46,052 nucleotides of DNA from a virus (Duplodnaviria > Heunggongvirae > Uroviricota > Caudoviricetes), in the IMG/VR virus record IMGVR_UViG_2671180885_000005, one strand, 5' to 3'. The notes beneath the pieces are model-generated. The model made no database searches. It worked only from the letters and a program-made list of their open reading frames with translations, and was not told the origin of the DNA. Position 1 is the first letter of the stretch; each line of letters begins with the position of its first letter. A program made the position numbers and the translations under genes. Below, piece by piece: positions 27,992 to 39,938 of the stretch.

Positions 27992-29813
27992 GCTTAAGGC
28001 GTTGATCACCGGTGTCGACAGGCTTTCTCCCGCGCTGTCGAAAATGCAAAAGAAAATCCGGGGATTTAAACGCCAGGCGGAAGAAGCGTCACAGGGTGGG
28101 CTGGCGCTTGGTGGCGGACTGGCAGCGGGTCTGACGCTTTCCCTGAAATCTTATGCCGATCAGGAAAACGCCGCCACCGGGCTGAAAGTCGCCATGATGG
28201 ATGCGAACGGCGAGGTTGGAAAGAGCTTTCAGGACATCAATAAACTGGCTATTGGCCTGGGTAACCAGCTACCCGGTACAACGGCTGATTTCCAGAACAT
28301 GATGCAGATGCTGGTGCGTCAGGGGATCCCGGCAGAAAACATTCTTGGCGGTGTGGGTAAAGCGACAGCTTATCTTGCGGTACAACTGAAAAAAACACCG
28401 GAAGCGGCTGCTGAGTTTGCTGCAAAGATGCAGGATGCTACCGGAACGGCGTCAGAAGACATGATGGGGCTGTTCGACACTATCCAGAAGGCGTTTTATC
28501 TGGGTGTTGACGATACCAACATGTTGTCCTTCTTCACTAAAACCAGCTCTGTTCTGAAGATGGTGAACAAGGACGGTCTTCAGGCTGCACAGAGCCTTGC
28601 CCCCATCAGCGTCATGATGGATCAGATGGGGATGAACGGGGAGTCGGCAGGTAACGCCCTGCGAAAAGTTATCCAGTCCGGATTAAGCGTTAAGAAAATC
28701 AGGGACGTCAATAAAATCATGGCCCGCCAGAAACTCGGGGTACAGCTCGATTTTACTGACGGCAAAGGAAGTTTTGGCGGTCTTGATAACATGTTCAGGC
28801 AACTGGCAAAGCTGCGAAAACTGACCGACGTTAAGCGAACAGGTGTACTTAAGGCAATATTTGGTGATGATGCCGAAACCCTTCAGGTGGTCAATGCACT
28901 AATCGATAAAGGAAAGGATGGCTACGATCAGATCCAGCAGAAGATGAATAAACAGGCCAGCCTGAATAAACGTGTTCAGGCCCAGCTTGGTACGCTGTCC
29001 AACCTGTGGGAGGCAATGACGGGGACCGCAACTAACGGCCTTGCGGCTATTGGCGGCGCATTTTCTGGTGACGCCAAAAATATCACGCAATGGCTGGGGG
29101 AGTTAGGGGAAAAATTCACGAAGTTTGCGGATGAAAATCCCCGGGTTATTCGCGGCGTCGTCGGGCTTGCTGCCGGTCTTGCGATTCTGAAACTGGGATT
29201 GATGGGCGTTGGCGGTGCCATCAGTATTGTCAGCAGGATCATGTCGATGACGCCGATTGGAATGATTGCGACGGCGATAGCCCTGGCTGCGGGATTAATT
29301 ATCACTAACTGGGATGTTGTCGGACCTTATTTCAAGAAGCTCTGGGAAACCATTGGTCCTTATTTTGAGGCTGGCTGGGAACTTCTGAAGAAGGTTTTTG
29401 CCTGGTCGCCGCTGGGGATGGTAATCAATAACTGGGGACCGGTTGTTAAGTGGTTTCAGGATATGTGGGACAAACTGAAGCCAATTATTGAGTGGTTTAC
29501 CGACAGTTCCGGTGACACGGTCGATGCCATTAACTCTGCGCAGTGGGGCGCGGGTGCTTATGATGCTTATGGGACGGGAATACCGGCACGGGGATACACA
29601 CCTTATCAGGCGGTAGATCCGGCTCAGTCAAACAACGCCTCCGGTGCCACAGGCCCGAATCCCTTCATGATTAACAAAGCTTCTGCGCCAAAAGTTGATG
29701 GTGAGATCAAGGTCTCTTTTGTGAATTCGCCTCCGGGTATGCGGGTTATGGAAACGCGATCCAGCGGTTTTGATGTCAGCCATGATGTTGGCTATACGCG
29801 CTTTGGCAGGTAA
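27978..29813 (+). CDS. tail tape measure protein
   Basis: 611-aa ORF after the chaperone pair, AGGAGA SD; Gly/Ala-rich hydrophobic central region typical of tape measure proteins. Confidence 0.85.
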   Translation: MAEFELKALITGVDRLSPALSKMQKKIRGFKRQAEEASQGGLALGGGLAAGLTLSLKSYADQENAATGLKVAMMDANGEVGKSFQDINKLAIGLGNQLPGTTADFQNMMQMLVRQGIPAENILGGVGKATAYLAVQLKKTPEAAAEFAAKMQDATGTASEDMMGLFDTIQKAFYLGVDDTNMLSFFTKTSSVLKMVNKDGLQAAQSLAPISVMMDQMGMNGESAGNALRKVIQSGLSVKKIRDVNKIMARQKLGVQLDFTDGKGSFGGLDNMFRQLAKLRKLTDVKRTGVLKAIFGDDAETLQVVNALIDKGKDGYDQIQQKMNKQASLNKRVQAQLGTLSNLWEAMTGTATNGLAAIGGAFSGDAKNITQWLGELGEKFTKFADENPRVIRGVVGLAAGLAILKLGLMGVGGAISIVSRIMSMTPIGMIATAIALAAGLIITNWDVVGPYFKKLWETIGPYFEAGWELLKKVFAWSPLGMVINNWGPVVKWFQDMWDKLKPIIEWFTDSSGDTVDAINSAQWGAGAYDAYGTGIPARGYTPYQAVDPAQSNNASGATGPNPFMINKASAPKVDGEIKVSFVNSPPGMRVMETRSSGFDVSHDVGYTRFGR

Positions 29814-29836
29814 TGAAAAATTAATCTGTTAATGAG

Positions 29837-29858
29837 TCCCACTCCGGTGGGATTTTTT
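29837..29858 (+). terminator. candidate intrinsic terminator/attenuator inside the tail operon
   Basis: TCCCAC-TCCG-GTGGGA hairpin followed by TTTTTT, just after the tape-measure stop. Confidence 0.4.
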
Positions 29859-29873
29859 ATGTACGGAGTTTAT

Positions 29874-31202
29874 ATGACGTGGAAAGACAGACTTCAGGAC
29901 GCGTCATTTCGCGGTGTGCCGTTTAAGGTTGAAGAAGAAAGTGCGGGAACCGGTCGTCGTGTGGAAACGCACGAATACCCGAACCGCGACAAACCCTATA
30001 CCGAAGACCTGGGGAAAATCACTTTCCGCCCGTCCATCACAGCTTATGTGGTGGGAGATGACTGCTTTGACCAGCGCGATCGCCTGATTGACGCGCTGAA
30101 TAAACCCGGTCCCGGCACGCTTGTCCATCCGACTTACGGTGAGCTGAAAGTCTGTGTTGACGGGGAAGTTCGGGTCAGCACATCGAAGAGTGAAGGGCGT
30201 ATTGTCCGCTTTGACCTGAAGTTTGTCGAAGCGGGAGAACTCTCTTACCCCACTTCAGGTGCGGCGACGGCGCAGACGCTGATGTCATCCTGTTCTGCAC
30301 TGGATGACTGCATCAGTGACAGCTTCAGTGGTTTCAGTATCGATGGCGTGGCAGATTTTGTGCAGAACGACGTCGTCGGTAATGCCAGCACAATGCTTGG
30401 GTATGTTTCTGATGCGATGAAAGTGGTGGATTCTGCCGTATCGGATGCCGCCAGGCTGTTGCAGGGGGATATCTCGGTACTTCTGCCGCCACCATCGTCA
30501 GGCAAAAATTTCGTTGAGCAGGTGCAGAAAATGTGGCGTACCGGGAAACGCCTTTATGGTAACGCCAGCGACCTGGTCACCATGATCAAAACGCTTTCCG
30601 GTGTCAGCCTCGGCAGCGATCTGCAACCGCGCGGCGTCTGGAAAACGGACAGTAAAACTACCGCCACGGCGACGCAGCAGCGTAACGTGGTTGCCAGCAC
30701 CCTTCGTACGACCGCAATCAGCGAAGCGGCGTATGCCGTCACACGATTGCCTGCGCCCACAACTTCCGCGGTGATGCAGAATGCCACAGTAGGGCAGTCA
30801 ACAACACCCGCGCAGAGCACCGGCTGGCCTTCTGTCACGCATCCGGCACTGAACAATGCACCGGCGGTGAAAAACACGGTTGACCTGCCAACGTGGGAAG
30901 AACTGACCGACATTCGCGACACACTGAATACGGCAATTGATAAGGAGTTGTCCCGTACAACCAGTGATGCGCTGTTTCTGGCGCTGCGCCGGGTGAAAGC
31001 AGATCTGAATGCGGATATCAACACGCGCCTTGAACAGTCTGCACGGATCATTCAGCGCACGCCGGATGAGGTTTTACCCGCGCTGGTGCTGGCGGCGACC
31101 TGGTTTGATAACGCGGCGCGTGACGCGGACATTATCCGGCGTAATGCCATTACGCATCCCGGCTTTGTGCCGGTGATCCCTCTGAAGGTGCCAGTGCAAT
31201 GA
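29874..31202 (+). CDS. DNA circularisation protein (Mu gpN-like)
   Basis: ATG at 29874 with ACGGAG SD; N-terminus MTWKDRLQDASFRGVPFKVEEE typical of the Mu N family. Confidence 0.7.
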   Translation: MTWKDRLQDASFRGVPFKVEEESAGTGRRVETHEYPNRDKPYTEDLGKITFRPSITAYVVGDDCFDQRDRLIDALNKPGPGTLVHPTYGELKVCVDGEVRVSTSKSEGRIVRFDLKFVEAGELSYPTSGAATAQTLMSSCSALDDCISDSFSGFSIDGVADFVQNDVVGNASTMLGYVSDAMKVVDSAVSDAARLLQGDISVLLPPPSSGKNFVEQVQKMWRTGKRLYGNASDLVTMIKTLSGVSLGSDLQPRGVWKTDSKTTATATQQRNVVASTLRTTAISEAAYAVTRLPAPTTSAVMQNATVGQSTTPAQSTGWPSVTHPALNNAPAVKNTVDLPTWEELTDIRDTLNTAIDKELSRTTSDALFLALRRVKADLNADINTRLEQSARIIQRTPDEVLPALVLAATWFDNAARDADIIRRNAITHPGFVPVIPLKVPVQ

Positions 31203-32278
31203 ACGACAATGTCACGCTACGGGTAAATGGCCGGGAGTGGAATGGCTGGACATCGGTGCGCATCGGTGCCGGTATTGAACGGCTGGCGCGGGATTTCAGT
31301 GTGGAGATCACTCGCCAATGGCCGGGAGATGAGGGTATCACCACGCTTCAGCCGCGCATTAAAAACGGTTCAAAAGTGGAAGTGCTGATTGGTGATGAGC
31401 TGGTGATCACCGGCTGGGTGGAGGCGACTCCCGTTCGTTACGATGCCCGTTCGGTCAGCACCGGTATTGCCGGACGTAGTCTGACGGCTGACCTGATTGA
31501 CTGTGCAGCCGAACCGACACAGTTTAACGGACGCTCGCTGGTGCAGATTGCGCAGGCGCTTGCTGCGCCTTTCGGCATTGAGGTGGTGAACAGCGGTGCG
31601 CCGTCGGGTGTTATTCCTGATGTTCAGCCTGATCACGGTGAAACGGTGATTGAGGTAATCAACAAAATACTCGGTCAGCAGCAGGCGCTGGCTTACGACG
31701 ACCCGCACGGCAGGCTGGTGATTGGCGGTATTGGCTCAACGCGGGCACATACCGCGCTGGTACTTGGGGAAAACATCCTTTCCTGTGATACGGAGAAGAG
31801 TATCCGGGAGCGGTTTTCTGTTTACCAGGTGGCGGGGCAGCGTGCCGGAAACGACGATGATTTCGGTGAGGCCACCACCACCGCGCTGCGGGCCCGCACA
31901 GAGGACGCATTTATTGCCCGTTACCGTCCGATGTATATCAGGCAGACAGGGCAGGCCACGGGGGCAGGCTGTATTGCGCGTGCTGACTTTGAAGCCCGAA
32001 AACGGGCGGCGCGGACGGATGAAACCACCTATGTGGTGCAGGGCTGGCGACAGGGTAACGGTACGCTGTGGCAGCCCAACCAGCGGGTGATTGTCTTCGA
32101 TCCGGTCTGTGGTTTCGACAATACCGAACTGCTTGTCTCGGAAGTCACGTTTACTCAGGACCAGAACGGCACCCTGACGGAAATCCGTGTCGGCCCACCT
32201 GATGCTTATCTGCCTGAACCCGAAGCCCCCGGCGCGCGGAAAAAGAAAAAAGCCAGAGTACAGGAGGATCCGTTCTGA
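31199..32278 (+). CDS. baseplate hub protein (Mu gpP-like)
   Basis: 359-aa ORF; synteny and size. Confidence 0.65.
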   Translation: MNDNVTLRVNGREWNGWTSVRIGAGIERLARDFSVEITRQWPGDEGITTLQPRIKNGSKVEVLIGDELVITGWVEATPVRYDARSVSTGIAGRSLTADLIDCAAEPTQFNGRSLVQIAQALAAPFGIEVVNSGAPSGVIPDVQPDHGETVIEVINKILGQQQALAYDDPHGRLVIGGIGSTRAHTALVLGENILSCDTEKSIRERFSVYQVAGQRAGNDDDFGEATTTALRARTEDAFIARYRPMYIRQTGQATGAGCIARADFEARKRAARTDETTYVVQGWRQGNGTLWQPNQRVIVFDPVCGFDNTELLVSEVTFTQDQNGTLTEIRVGPPDAYLPEPEAPGARKKKKARVQEDPF

Positions 32279-32826
32279 TGAGGACGATTGAAGCCATGCA
32301 GCGACAACTCCTCGGCCTGATTGGGCGGGCCGTGGTGAAAAGCATCAGTGCCGCCACGAAATGTCAGACTGTGGATGTGTCCCTGATTGCCGGTGAACCC
32401 AAAGCCGGGGTTGAGCATCTTGAACCCTACGGTTTTACCGCAAGGGCAAACAGCGGTGCGGAAGCGGTGGTGTTGTTTCCGGATGGCGACCGCTCTCATG
32501 CGGTGGTTGTTACGGTGTCGGACCGGCGCTACCGCCTGAAAGGGCTGCAGACGGGTGAGGTGGCTGTCTATGACGATCAGGGGCAGTCTGTGACGCTGAC
32601 CCGGGAGGGGATCGTGGTGGACGGTGCAGGGAAAACGATCACGTTTCGCAATGCACCTAAAGCACGTTTTGAAATGGACCTGGAAGTGACCGGACAGGTG
32701 AAAGACCTGTGCGACTCCGGCGGCACCACCATGTCAGCGATGCGGCTTGCCTATAACGGGCATCGTCACAGAGAGAACGGTCAGGGCAGTAACACCGACA
32801 AACCGGATAAAGCGATGGAGGCATGA
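32278..32826 (+). CDS. baseplate assembly protein V / spike-like (Mu gp45-like)
   Basis: 182-aa ORF; synteny. Confidence 0.6.
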   Translation: MRTIEAMQRQLLGLIGRAVVKSISAATKCQTVDVSLIAGEPKAGVEHLEPYGFTARANSGAEAVVLFPDGDRSHAVVVTVSDRRYRLKGLQTGEVAVYDDQGQSVTLTREGIVVDGAGKTITFRNAPKARFEMDLEVTGQVKDLCDSGGTTMSAMRLAYNGHRHRENGQGSNTDKPDKAMEA

Positions 32827-33251
32827 TGGAACTGTGGCTGACGGTGAACGGTAAACGCACCTGCGCCAGCGCACCGCTGGATCCGCTGACCCGCGCCGTG
32901 GTGATTTCCCTGTTCACCTGGCGGCGGGCGGAGCCTGATGACAATGCCGACGTCCCGATGGGATGGTGGGGGGATACCTGGCCTGCGGTACTGAATGACC
33001 GTTACGGCTCCCGGCTGTGGCTGCTTCAGCGCAGCAAACTGACCAATCAGCTGGTGCAGACGGTAAGGGGGTATATCCGCGAATGCCTGCAATGGATGAT
33101 TGATGACGGTGTGGTGTCCCGTATTGATCTGGATATCCGCCGCACCGGGATTAATGAGCTGGGTAACAGTATCACTCTCTGGCGTCGTGACGGACCGGTA
33201 ATGATTTCTTTTGATGATCTGTGGAGTGCGATAACGCATGGCGGACAGTGA
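32823..33251 (+). CDS. phage GP46-family baseplate protein
   Basis: 142-aa ORF; synteny. Confidence 0.6.
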   Translation: MMELWLTVNGKRTCASAPLDPLTRAVVISLFTWRRAEPDDNADVPMGWWGDTWPAVLNDRYGSRLWLLQRSKLTNQLVQTVRGYIRECLQWMIDDGVVSRIDLDIRRTGINELGNSITLWRRDGPVMISFDDLWSAITHGGQ

Positions 33252-34296
33252 ATTTCAGCGCCCGACGCTGGCAGAAAATATCAGTATGCTCCGTAACGAT
33301 TTATTCGCCAGGCTGGACGTCAGCGACACGCTCCGGCGCATGGATGAAGACGTGCGGGCAAAGGTGTATGCGGCGGCGCTGCATACGGTTTACGGGTACA
33401 TCGATTATCTGGCAATGAACATTCTGCCTGACCTGTGTGATGAGTCCTGGCTGGCGCGACATGCTACGATGAAACGGTGTCCGCGCAAGGGGGCCACGGC
33501 TGCCAGCGGGTATATGCGCTGGGAAGGTGTCAGCGATGGCCTGAAGGTGACCGCCGGGAGTGTTATTCAGCGCGATGACCTGGTGCAGTACACGGCAACT
33601 GCCGATGCAACCAGCTCCGGTGGTGTCCTGCGCGTGCCGATCGCCTGCTCAAATGCAGGCGCGGTCGGTAACGCTGACGACGGTACGGCATTAATCCTGG
33701 TCACGCCGGTGAATGGTCTGCCGTCTTCCGGTGTGGCTGACACCCTGACAGGCGGATTTGATACTGAAGAGCTGGAAACGTGGCGCGCCCGCGTCATTGA
33801 GCGGTATTACTGGACGCCGCAGGGCGGGGCTGACGGGGACTATGTCGTCTGGGCTAAAGAAGTGCCCGGCATTACCCGCGCATGGACATACCGTCACTGG
33901 ATGGGAACGGGAACTGTCGGTGTGATGATTGCCAGCAGTGACCTGATTAATCCCATTCCGGAAGAATCAACGGAAACGGCGGCAAGACAACATATCGAGC
34001 CACTGGCCCCGGTGGCAGGCTCTGATTTGTATGTATTCAGGCCGGTGGCGCATAAAGTGGATTTTCATATCCGTGTGACGCCGGACACACCGGAAATACG
34101 AGCCGCCATCACCGCGGAGTTGCGTTCGTTTCTTCTGCGTGATGGTTATCCGCAGGGAGAACTGAAGGTATCGCGTATCAGTGAGGCGATTTCCGGTGCG
34201 AACGGGGAATACAGCCATCAGTTGCTTGCACCGGCAGACAATATCTCCATTGCGAAAAATGAACTGGCGGTTCTGGGGACGATTTCATGGACGTGA
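33238..34296 (+). CDS. baseplate J-like protein (Mu gp47-like)
   Basis: 352-aa ORF; synteny and size. Confidence 0.75.
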   Translation: MADSEFQRPTLAENISMLRNDLFARLDVSDTLRRMDEDVRAKVYAAALHTVYGYIDYLAMNILPDLCDESWLARHATMKRCPRKGATAASGYMRWEGVSDGLKVTAGSVIQRDDLVQYTATADATSSGGVLRVPIACSNAGAVGNADDGTALILVTPVNGLPSSGVADTLTGGFDTEELETWRARVIERYYWTPQGGADGDYVVWAKEVPGITRAWTYRHWMGTGTVGVMIASSDLINPIPEESTETAARQHIEPLAPVAGSDLYVFRPVAHKVDFHIRVTPDTPEIRAAITAELRSFLLRDGYPQGELKVSRISEAISGANGEYSHQLLAPADNISIAKNELAVLGTISWT

Positions 34297-34871
34297 CAAA
34301 CGATGATTACATCCGTCTGTTGTCGGCACTGTTGCCCCCCGGTCCGGCGTGGTCAGCCAGCGATCCGGCGATTGCCGGTGCGGCACCGTCATTAACCCGC
34401 GTTCATCAGCGTGCGGATGCCCTGATGCGGGAGCTGGATCCGCGCACCACCACTGAACTGATAAACCGCTGGGAGCGTCTGTGCGGTCTGCCGGATGAAT
34501 GTATTCCCGCAGGGACACAGACCCTTCGCCAGCGTCAGCAACGGCTGGATGCGAAGGTTAACCTGGCGGGCGGCATCAACGAGAATTTTTATCTTGCACA
34601 GCTTGCTGCCCTGGGCAGACCAGACGCTACCATCACGCGATACGACAAAAGCACGTTCACCTGCTCATCGGCCTGTACTGACGCGGTGAATGCGCCGGAA
34701 TGGCGGTATTACTGGCAGGTCAACATGCCAGCCGCCACAAACACCACCTGGATGACATGTGGCGATCCCTGTGATTCCGCGCTGCGTATCTGGGGCGACA
34801 CCGTTGTCGAATGTGTGCTTAACAAACTCTGCCCGTCGCATACCTACGTAATTTTTAAATATCCGGAGTAA
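34287..34871 (+). CDS. YmfQ-like tail protein (DUF2313, Mu gp48-like)
   Basis: 194-aa ORF between the baseplate J and tail fibre genes. Confidence 0.65.
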   Translation: MDVTNDDYIRLLSALLPPGPAWSASDPAIAGAAPSLTRVHQRADALMRELDPRTTTELINRWERLCGLPDECIPAGTQTLRQRQQRLDAKVNLAGGINENFYLAQLAALGRPDATITRYDKSTFTCSSACTDAVNAPEWRYYWQVNMPAATNTTWMTCGDPCDSALRIWGDTVVECVLNKLCPSHTYVIFKYPE

Positions 34872-34874
34872 TCC

Positions 34875-35624
34875 ATGCATCGTATAGACACGAAAACCGC
34901 GCAGAAGGATAAGTTCGGCGCGGGTAAGAACGGTTTTACCCGTGGTAACCCCCAGACTGGCACACCTGCCACCGATCTCGATGATGACTACTTTGATATG
35001 TTGCAGGAGGAGCTTTGCAGCGTGGTGGAGGCATCCGGTGCCAGCCTGGAGAAGGGGCGAAACGACCAGTTGCTTACCGCGCTTCGTGCTCTGCTGTTAA
35101 GCCGCAAGAATCCGTTTGGTGATATCAAATCGGATGGCACGGTGAAAACGGCTCTCGAAAACCTTGGTTTGGGAGAAGGTTCGGCATTACCCGTTGGTGT
35201 GCCTGTTCCGTGGCCTTCCGCCACTCCGCCAACAGGCTGGCTGAAATGCAACGGCGCTCCATTTGCAGCTGAAAATTATCCGAAGCTGGCACTGGTTTAC
35301 CCCGGCCTTGTGCTGCCTGATTTACGAGGTGAATTTATTAGAGGTTGGGATGACGGGCGGGGGGTTGATGCAAGTAGAGCCATTCTTTCTTCGCAAAACT
35401 TTGCAATGCAAAAAATCACAGGTTCGTTGCTTGATAATAAATTCAACAAAAACCAGGGGGCAACAGGGGCTTTCACAGTAATTACAGGCGGCCCCGCCGA
35501 GGGTTCGAGCACAGGCCAGGGCTTCGCATCCAGGATTGATTTTGACTCTTCACTGGTTGTGAACACAGCAGAAGAAACCCGTCCACGCAACATTGCATTT
35601 AACTACATCGTAAGGGCAGCATAA
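34875..35624 (+). CDS. tail fibre protein (short)
   Basis: N-terminus [47 protein letters not shown] matches conserved tail-fibre N-terminal domains; followed by a Tfa-type gene. Confidence 0.7.
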   Translation: MHRIDTKTAQKDKFGAGKNGFTRGNPQTGTPATDLDDDYFDMLQEELCSVVEASGASLEKGRNDQLLTALRALLLSRKNPFGDIKSDGTVKTALENLGLGEGSALPVGVPVPWPSATPPTGWLKCNGAPFAAENYPKLALVYPGLVLPDLRGEFIRGWDDGRGVDASRAILSSQNFAMQKITGSLLDNKFNKNQGATGAFTVITGGPAEGSSTGQGFASRIDFDSSLVVNTAEETRPRNIAFNYIVRAA

Positions 35625-36229
35625 TGACCACAAATGAAATCACCTTAGACGAAAACGGATTTGCCACTGAGGCGGGATTTATTACCGTTTACAACTACAA
35701 TGGCGAACCCCATGAATATATTGGTTCAACTGTTGAATATCTGCCGGTTGGCGTTGGCGTTCCAGCTGATTCCTGCGTTGATGCGCCAGGCAGCAAAAGA
35801 GACGGTTTCGCAATCTGCCGCAATGCTGATTTAACCGGTTGGGAATACGTTGCAGATCATCGCGGCGAAACCGTTTACAGCACGGCTACTGGCAAACCTG
35901 TGACTGTTTCACAATTGGGAGAATACCCGGAAGGAACCACCACCAAACCGCCATCTACTCCATACGACAAATGGGATGGACAAAAATGGGTTGCCGACGA
36001 CGACGAGAAACACGCGGCGGATGTGGCAGCGGCAGAGCAACAGAGAAAAAATCTGCTGAACTCCGCAAATTCAAAAATCAGTCTGTGGCAAACGGAACTA
36101 CAGTTAGGCATTATCAGCGATGAAGATAAAGCAAGTCTGATTTCCTGGATTGGCTACATTAAGGCGGTGACGGCAACAGATACCAGCACCGCGCCGGATG
36201 TCATCTGGCCTGAACTGCCGGAGGCGTAG
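35624..36229 (+). CDS. tail fibre assembly protein (Tfa)
   Basis: 201-aa ORF directly after the tail fibre gene; Tfa-like termini. Confidence 0.75.
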   Translation: MTTNEITLDENGFATEAGFITVYNYNGEPHEYIGSTVEYLPVGVGVPADSCVDAPGSKRDGFAICRNADLTGWEYVADHRGETVYSTATGKPVTVSQLGEYPEGTTTKPPSTPYDKWDGQKWVADDDEKHAADVAAAEQQRKNLLNSANSKISLWQTELQLGIISDEDKASLISWIGYIKAVTATDTSTAPDVIWPELPEA

Positions 36230-36723
36230 GCCATTCAATATCTGGTGCACTGGATGTATCAACCAGTTCCAGTGCTTCCAGATAATCCAGCCACAAATTA
36301 TATTGCATCAGGAGTTTCTCGCCAGAAGGTGGGATCATCTATGATGTTGGCGTATCGACTTTGTATAAGAAGTTTCCGGTCGGAGATGAATGAAACCGCA
36401 GACACGCCGTATGCAAGAACGTGCTGCGGCTGGCTGGCGAACTTTCGATAGTGCGAGTATTGAATGATTTCCAGCCGTTACCGATTTTACTATGTTTTCA
36501 GTAGAACACTCAGACAAAACTGAGATACACAAAGCTTTGCACTGGATTGCAAGGCTTTGTGCTCTTCTGTGAATGTGTGGCTATATGTTTGAAGATCGTT
36601 GTGCCGTATTTGTGACATATATATGGCAACATCATGCATCAACTTTCTGTTTGTGCCATCAACTATAGCTTAGTGAATGCGGTTAATGCTTGCTAAAACA
36701 GATAGTTATGATTGGTGCTACAG

Positions 36724-36779
36724 ATTCGTAATGCGAAGGTCGTAGGTTCGACTCCTATTATCGGCACCATTAAAATCAA
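36724..36779 (+). repeat. attR: second copy of the 56-bp thrW 3'-end repeat
   Basis: Identical to 1399..1454. Confidence 0.85.
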
Positions 36780-37150
36780 ATTGTTACGTAAGATCTTATC
36801 ATTCTCCCACCAAAAAATTATCTTAATGTAACAGCTGGTGTAAGTAAATTCTATCAACGAAGATCAATCTTATCTACTGACCAAAAAGGCCTGATAGGGC
36901 TTCGCTCACTATACATCCTTGGCTGCAGGTTTAGTTGTACACCACTCCTAAATTTAATGTGTTGGCAATGTGTTCAATAAAGCTCGAACAAATTAGCTCA
37001 TTATGATCGGTTAATACTTCAACTTCTGGTTGCATGATTGTTTGTCCGTAAAAAGATAACGCGCCTGCCGGGTAGTAGCAGGCGCATTACGCAATAGGTA
37101 AACAAGGGAGGAAGTTCAGAAATGTAAATCGGGAAGGTTGTACGCAATGT

Positions 37151-37830
<680 letters not shown>

Positions 37831-37848
37831 TACAGTTCTCCACTATTG

Positions 37849-38070
37849 TCAGTTCAGGGTGATGCTCATCAGGCAGGTATAGGGCCCATTGCGGTCCTGG
37901 CGGCGTTCGGCGTATACCGCGAGGACTCCGGCGATATCCGGAACGTCCCTGCCGGTGTAATGACAGACGCTACCGTGCCACTGGTATTTGCCGGTGCAGT
38001 AGCGAAAGATTCGGGACTCAGGATGCTGGCGGTATATCGTCATTGCCCTGCGTTTACTGATAATTTTCAT
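37849..38070 (-). CDS. DUF987 protein (YkfH/YeeT-like)
   Basis: ATG at 38070 with GAGGT SD; small conserved ORF between the RadC-like and antitoxin genes. Confidence 0.7.
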   Translation of the reverse strand: MKIISKRRAMTIYRQHPESRIFRYCTGKYQWHGSVCHYTGRDVPDIAGVLAVYAERRQDRNGPYTCLMSITLN

Positions 38071-38078
38071 GTAATACC

Positions 38079-38555
38079 TCAAAGCAGACCGTGTTCTGCG
38101 AACGAATAGATTTGCCTGCCACCGACAATCAGATGGTCAGGGACACGGATATCCACCAGCTGAAGCACCTGAACCAGTCGCTGCGTGAGGGTTTTGTCGG
38201 CCTGGCTAGGTGTCGTCTCGCCGGAAGGATGGTTATGCGCGAGTATCACCGCCGCCGCGTTGAAGTGCAGAGCACGTTTGACCACCTCCCGGGGATGCAC
38301 CTCGGTGCGGTTAATCGTGCCGGTGAAGAGCGTTTCATGGGCAATCAACTGATTCTGGTTGTCCAGATACAACACCCGGAACTCTTCCCGCTCAAGCGCG
38401 GCCATATGCAGTCGCAGCCATTCACGTACGGCGTGGGTAGAGGTGAAGGCTACGCCGGGCTCATGCAGGTGGCGGTCCAGAGCCCTGAGCGCCCGCTGAA
38501 TGAGACGCCGGTCCTGTGGCGTCATCTCGCCGGGTAAAAAGGAAAGCTGTTTCAT
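38079..38555 (-). CDS. RadC-like JAB-domain protein (YkfG/YeeS-like)
   Basis: JAMM motif region (HNHPSGETTPSQAD). Confidence 0.85.
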   Translation of the reverse strand: MKQLSFLPGEMTPQDRRLIQRALRALDRHLHEPGVAFTSTHAVREWLRLHMAALEREEFRVLYLDNQNQLIAHETLFTGTINRTEVHPREVVKRALHFNAAAVILAHNHPSGETTPSQADKTLTQRLVQVLQLVDIRVPDHLIVGGRQIYSFAEHGLL

Positions 38556-38570
38556 CTGTTGCTCCTTCGG

Positions 38571-39029
38571 TCAGTCGATAATACGCAGAATGGCGTGAGC
38601 CTCTGGATGTTGCATGGCATACTCCCGCAGGCGGTAATAGTGTGCGGTCATCGCGTCACATTCTGTACGGCAGGCATGGTGGCTATACGCAATCAGGCAG
38701 ACAGCAATACCTGCTGCTTCTGCACTCATTTGGGCATCGTTACCGTTCAGGCAGTTAAACAGACGCCATGTCTCATCGTTGTCAGGCTCGGGGGACATAA
38801 ATGCGCCGCCATTGCTGAGGGTGTAGAACGACCAGATACCACCGCTGTAGCCCTCACAGAAGCGGTCCATCCAGGCGAAGATATGCGGCTCCAGGAGTAG
38901 CCACTGCGGGATAGCGCCAAAGTACTGTGGCCAGAAATCGATACGCTGTTCATCGGGGACCGGCGTGACGGTCAGTTCAAATTCGGGTTGGTTAGCGGGT
39001 GCGAGGTCGTGCTGCGTCTGTGTTGTCAT
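38571..39029 (-). CDS. antirestriction protein (YafX/YfjX-like)
   Basis: ATG at 39029 after GGAGA; conserved position and sequence of the island antirestriction family. Confidence 0.75.
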   Translation of the reverse strand: MTTQTQHDLAPANQPEFELTVTPVPDEQRIDFWPQYFGAIPQWLLLEPHIFAWMDRFCEGYSGGIWSFYTLSNGGAFMSPEPDNDETWRLFNCLNGNDAQMSAEAAGIAVCLIAYSHHACRTECDAMTAHYYRLREYAMQHPEAHAILRIID

Positions 39030-39126
39030 GGGTATGTCTCCGTCAATAAAAACGCCAGCGGCGATGGCTGGCGTATGGGGATATAAAGTGTGTTCGGGGA
39101 GGTGAATGCGGGTAAATGCTTCGCGA

Positions 39127-39366
39127 TCAGCGGGTGGCCGTGTCTGTACGGATGCCTGAGGTGCGGATATAGCGGTTAAGACCTTCACCGGCATCCGGCT
39201 CAAAGTTCCATGCCCGCCAGACCATCCGGCCTTCAGTATCACGAACCACCAGACGGAAGTGACTGCCCTGGTCGTCTTCGAGTGTGATATTGCTGTACGT
39301 GGTAGTGACCGCTTGCGCTTGTCTCCGGGTGAAAGGCCCCGGTGGCAGCAACACGGATTGGGTCAT
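39127..39366 (-). CDS. DUF905 protein (YkfF-like, 79 aa)
   Basis: ATG at 39366 after AGGAG; [43 protein letters not shown]... matches my recollection of YkfF. Confidence 0.75.
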   Translation of the reverse strand: MTQSVLLPPGPFTRRQAQAVTTTYSNITLEDDQGSHFRLVVRDTEGRMVWRAWNFEPDAGEGLNRYIRTSGIRTDTATR

Positions 39367-39442
39367 TTTCGGGCTCCTGATAAAAGAAAACCCCGGCAGC
39401 CTGCTAGCTGTCGGGGTGGATTTGCTGGGGAAGATACTACTA

Positions 39443-39910
39443 TCAGTCGTTGCTGCAGTCTCCGAGAGTGGACAGAACTTTCTCAGCGTTCTTCCGGTCC
39501 GCAGTGAAGGTCCCTGCTTTGTGGTCATTGACGTAGACGTCGAACTGCCCGGCCTCAGAGATATTGCTGATGAAGTCAAACCAGGCGTTATCGCCGTTAC
39601 GCCAGCCCAGGCTGGACGGAATAATGTACTGCTGGTGATCCATCACTACGGTGATAGTAGTGTCGTCATCGTGCGAACTGACCATCTTGTCATCGGCAAG
39701 GGTAAGAAAGACTGAATGCTGATAGAAACCATTCTGGTCCGGGTTCCCTGTGCAGTTGATGGTAAACGTCTTTCCGCTGGCTTCGGTCACGCTGTATTCC
39801 GTATTGCCCTGACCGTAACCCTGCTGCCAGAACCCCGGGATAGCAGAGGCATTAAAGCTCGCGAGCAGTACACCCGCCAGCATAAACCGACTTAGTGAAA
39901 GTATTGTCAT
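39443..39910 (-). CDS. secreted protein of unknown function (YkfB-like)
   Basis: 155-aa ORF with N-terminal signal peptide ([23 protein letters not shown]). Confidence 0.7.
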   Translation of the reverse strand: MTILSLSRFMLAGVLLASFNASAIPGFWQQGYGQGNTEYSVTEASGKTFTINCTGNPDQNGFYQHSVFLTLADDKMVSSHDDDTTITVVMDHQQYIIPSSLGWRNGDNAWFDFISNISEAGQFDVYVNDHKAGTFTADRKNAEKVLSTLGDCSND

Positions 39911-39938
39911 TCTTGTCTCCTTTGTCGTTGTTTTATTC

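Larger units (their letters stand above)
1399..36779. mobile_element. Complete prophage (~35.4 kb) integrated at thrW; lambdoid regulation and lysis, HK97-like head, Mu-like contractile tail
   Basis: Bounded by the 56-bp direct repeats; contains int/xis, CI/Cro, O-like gene with iterons, Q, lysis cassette, terminase, portal, capsid, sheath, tube, tape measure, baseplate and tail fibre genes in canonical order. Confidence 0.85.

Noticed and set aside
36245-36720. ORFs 36245..36451 (plus) and 36335..36532 (minus) between the tail fibre assembly gene and attR
   Set aside because: No RBS or recognisable protein features; this ~500-bp region more likely holds attP-arm integrase/Xis binding sites (the repeated CATCAACT motif), which I cannot verify.
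39127-39579. Long 150-aa version of the DUF905 ORF
   Set aside because: The N-terminal extension is Ser/Thr/Pro-rich and overlaps the upstream gene; the internal ATG at 39366 has an AGGAG SD and gives the conserved 79-aa protein.
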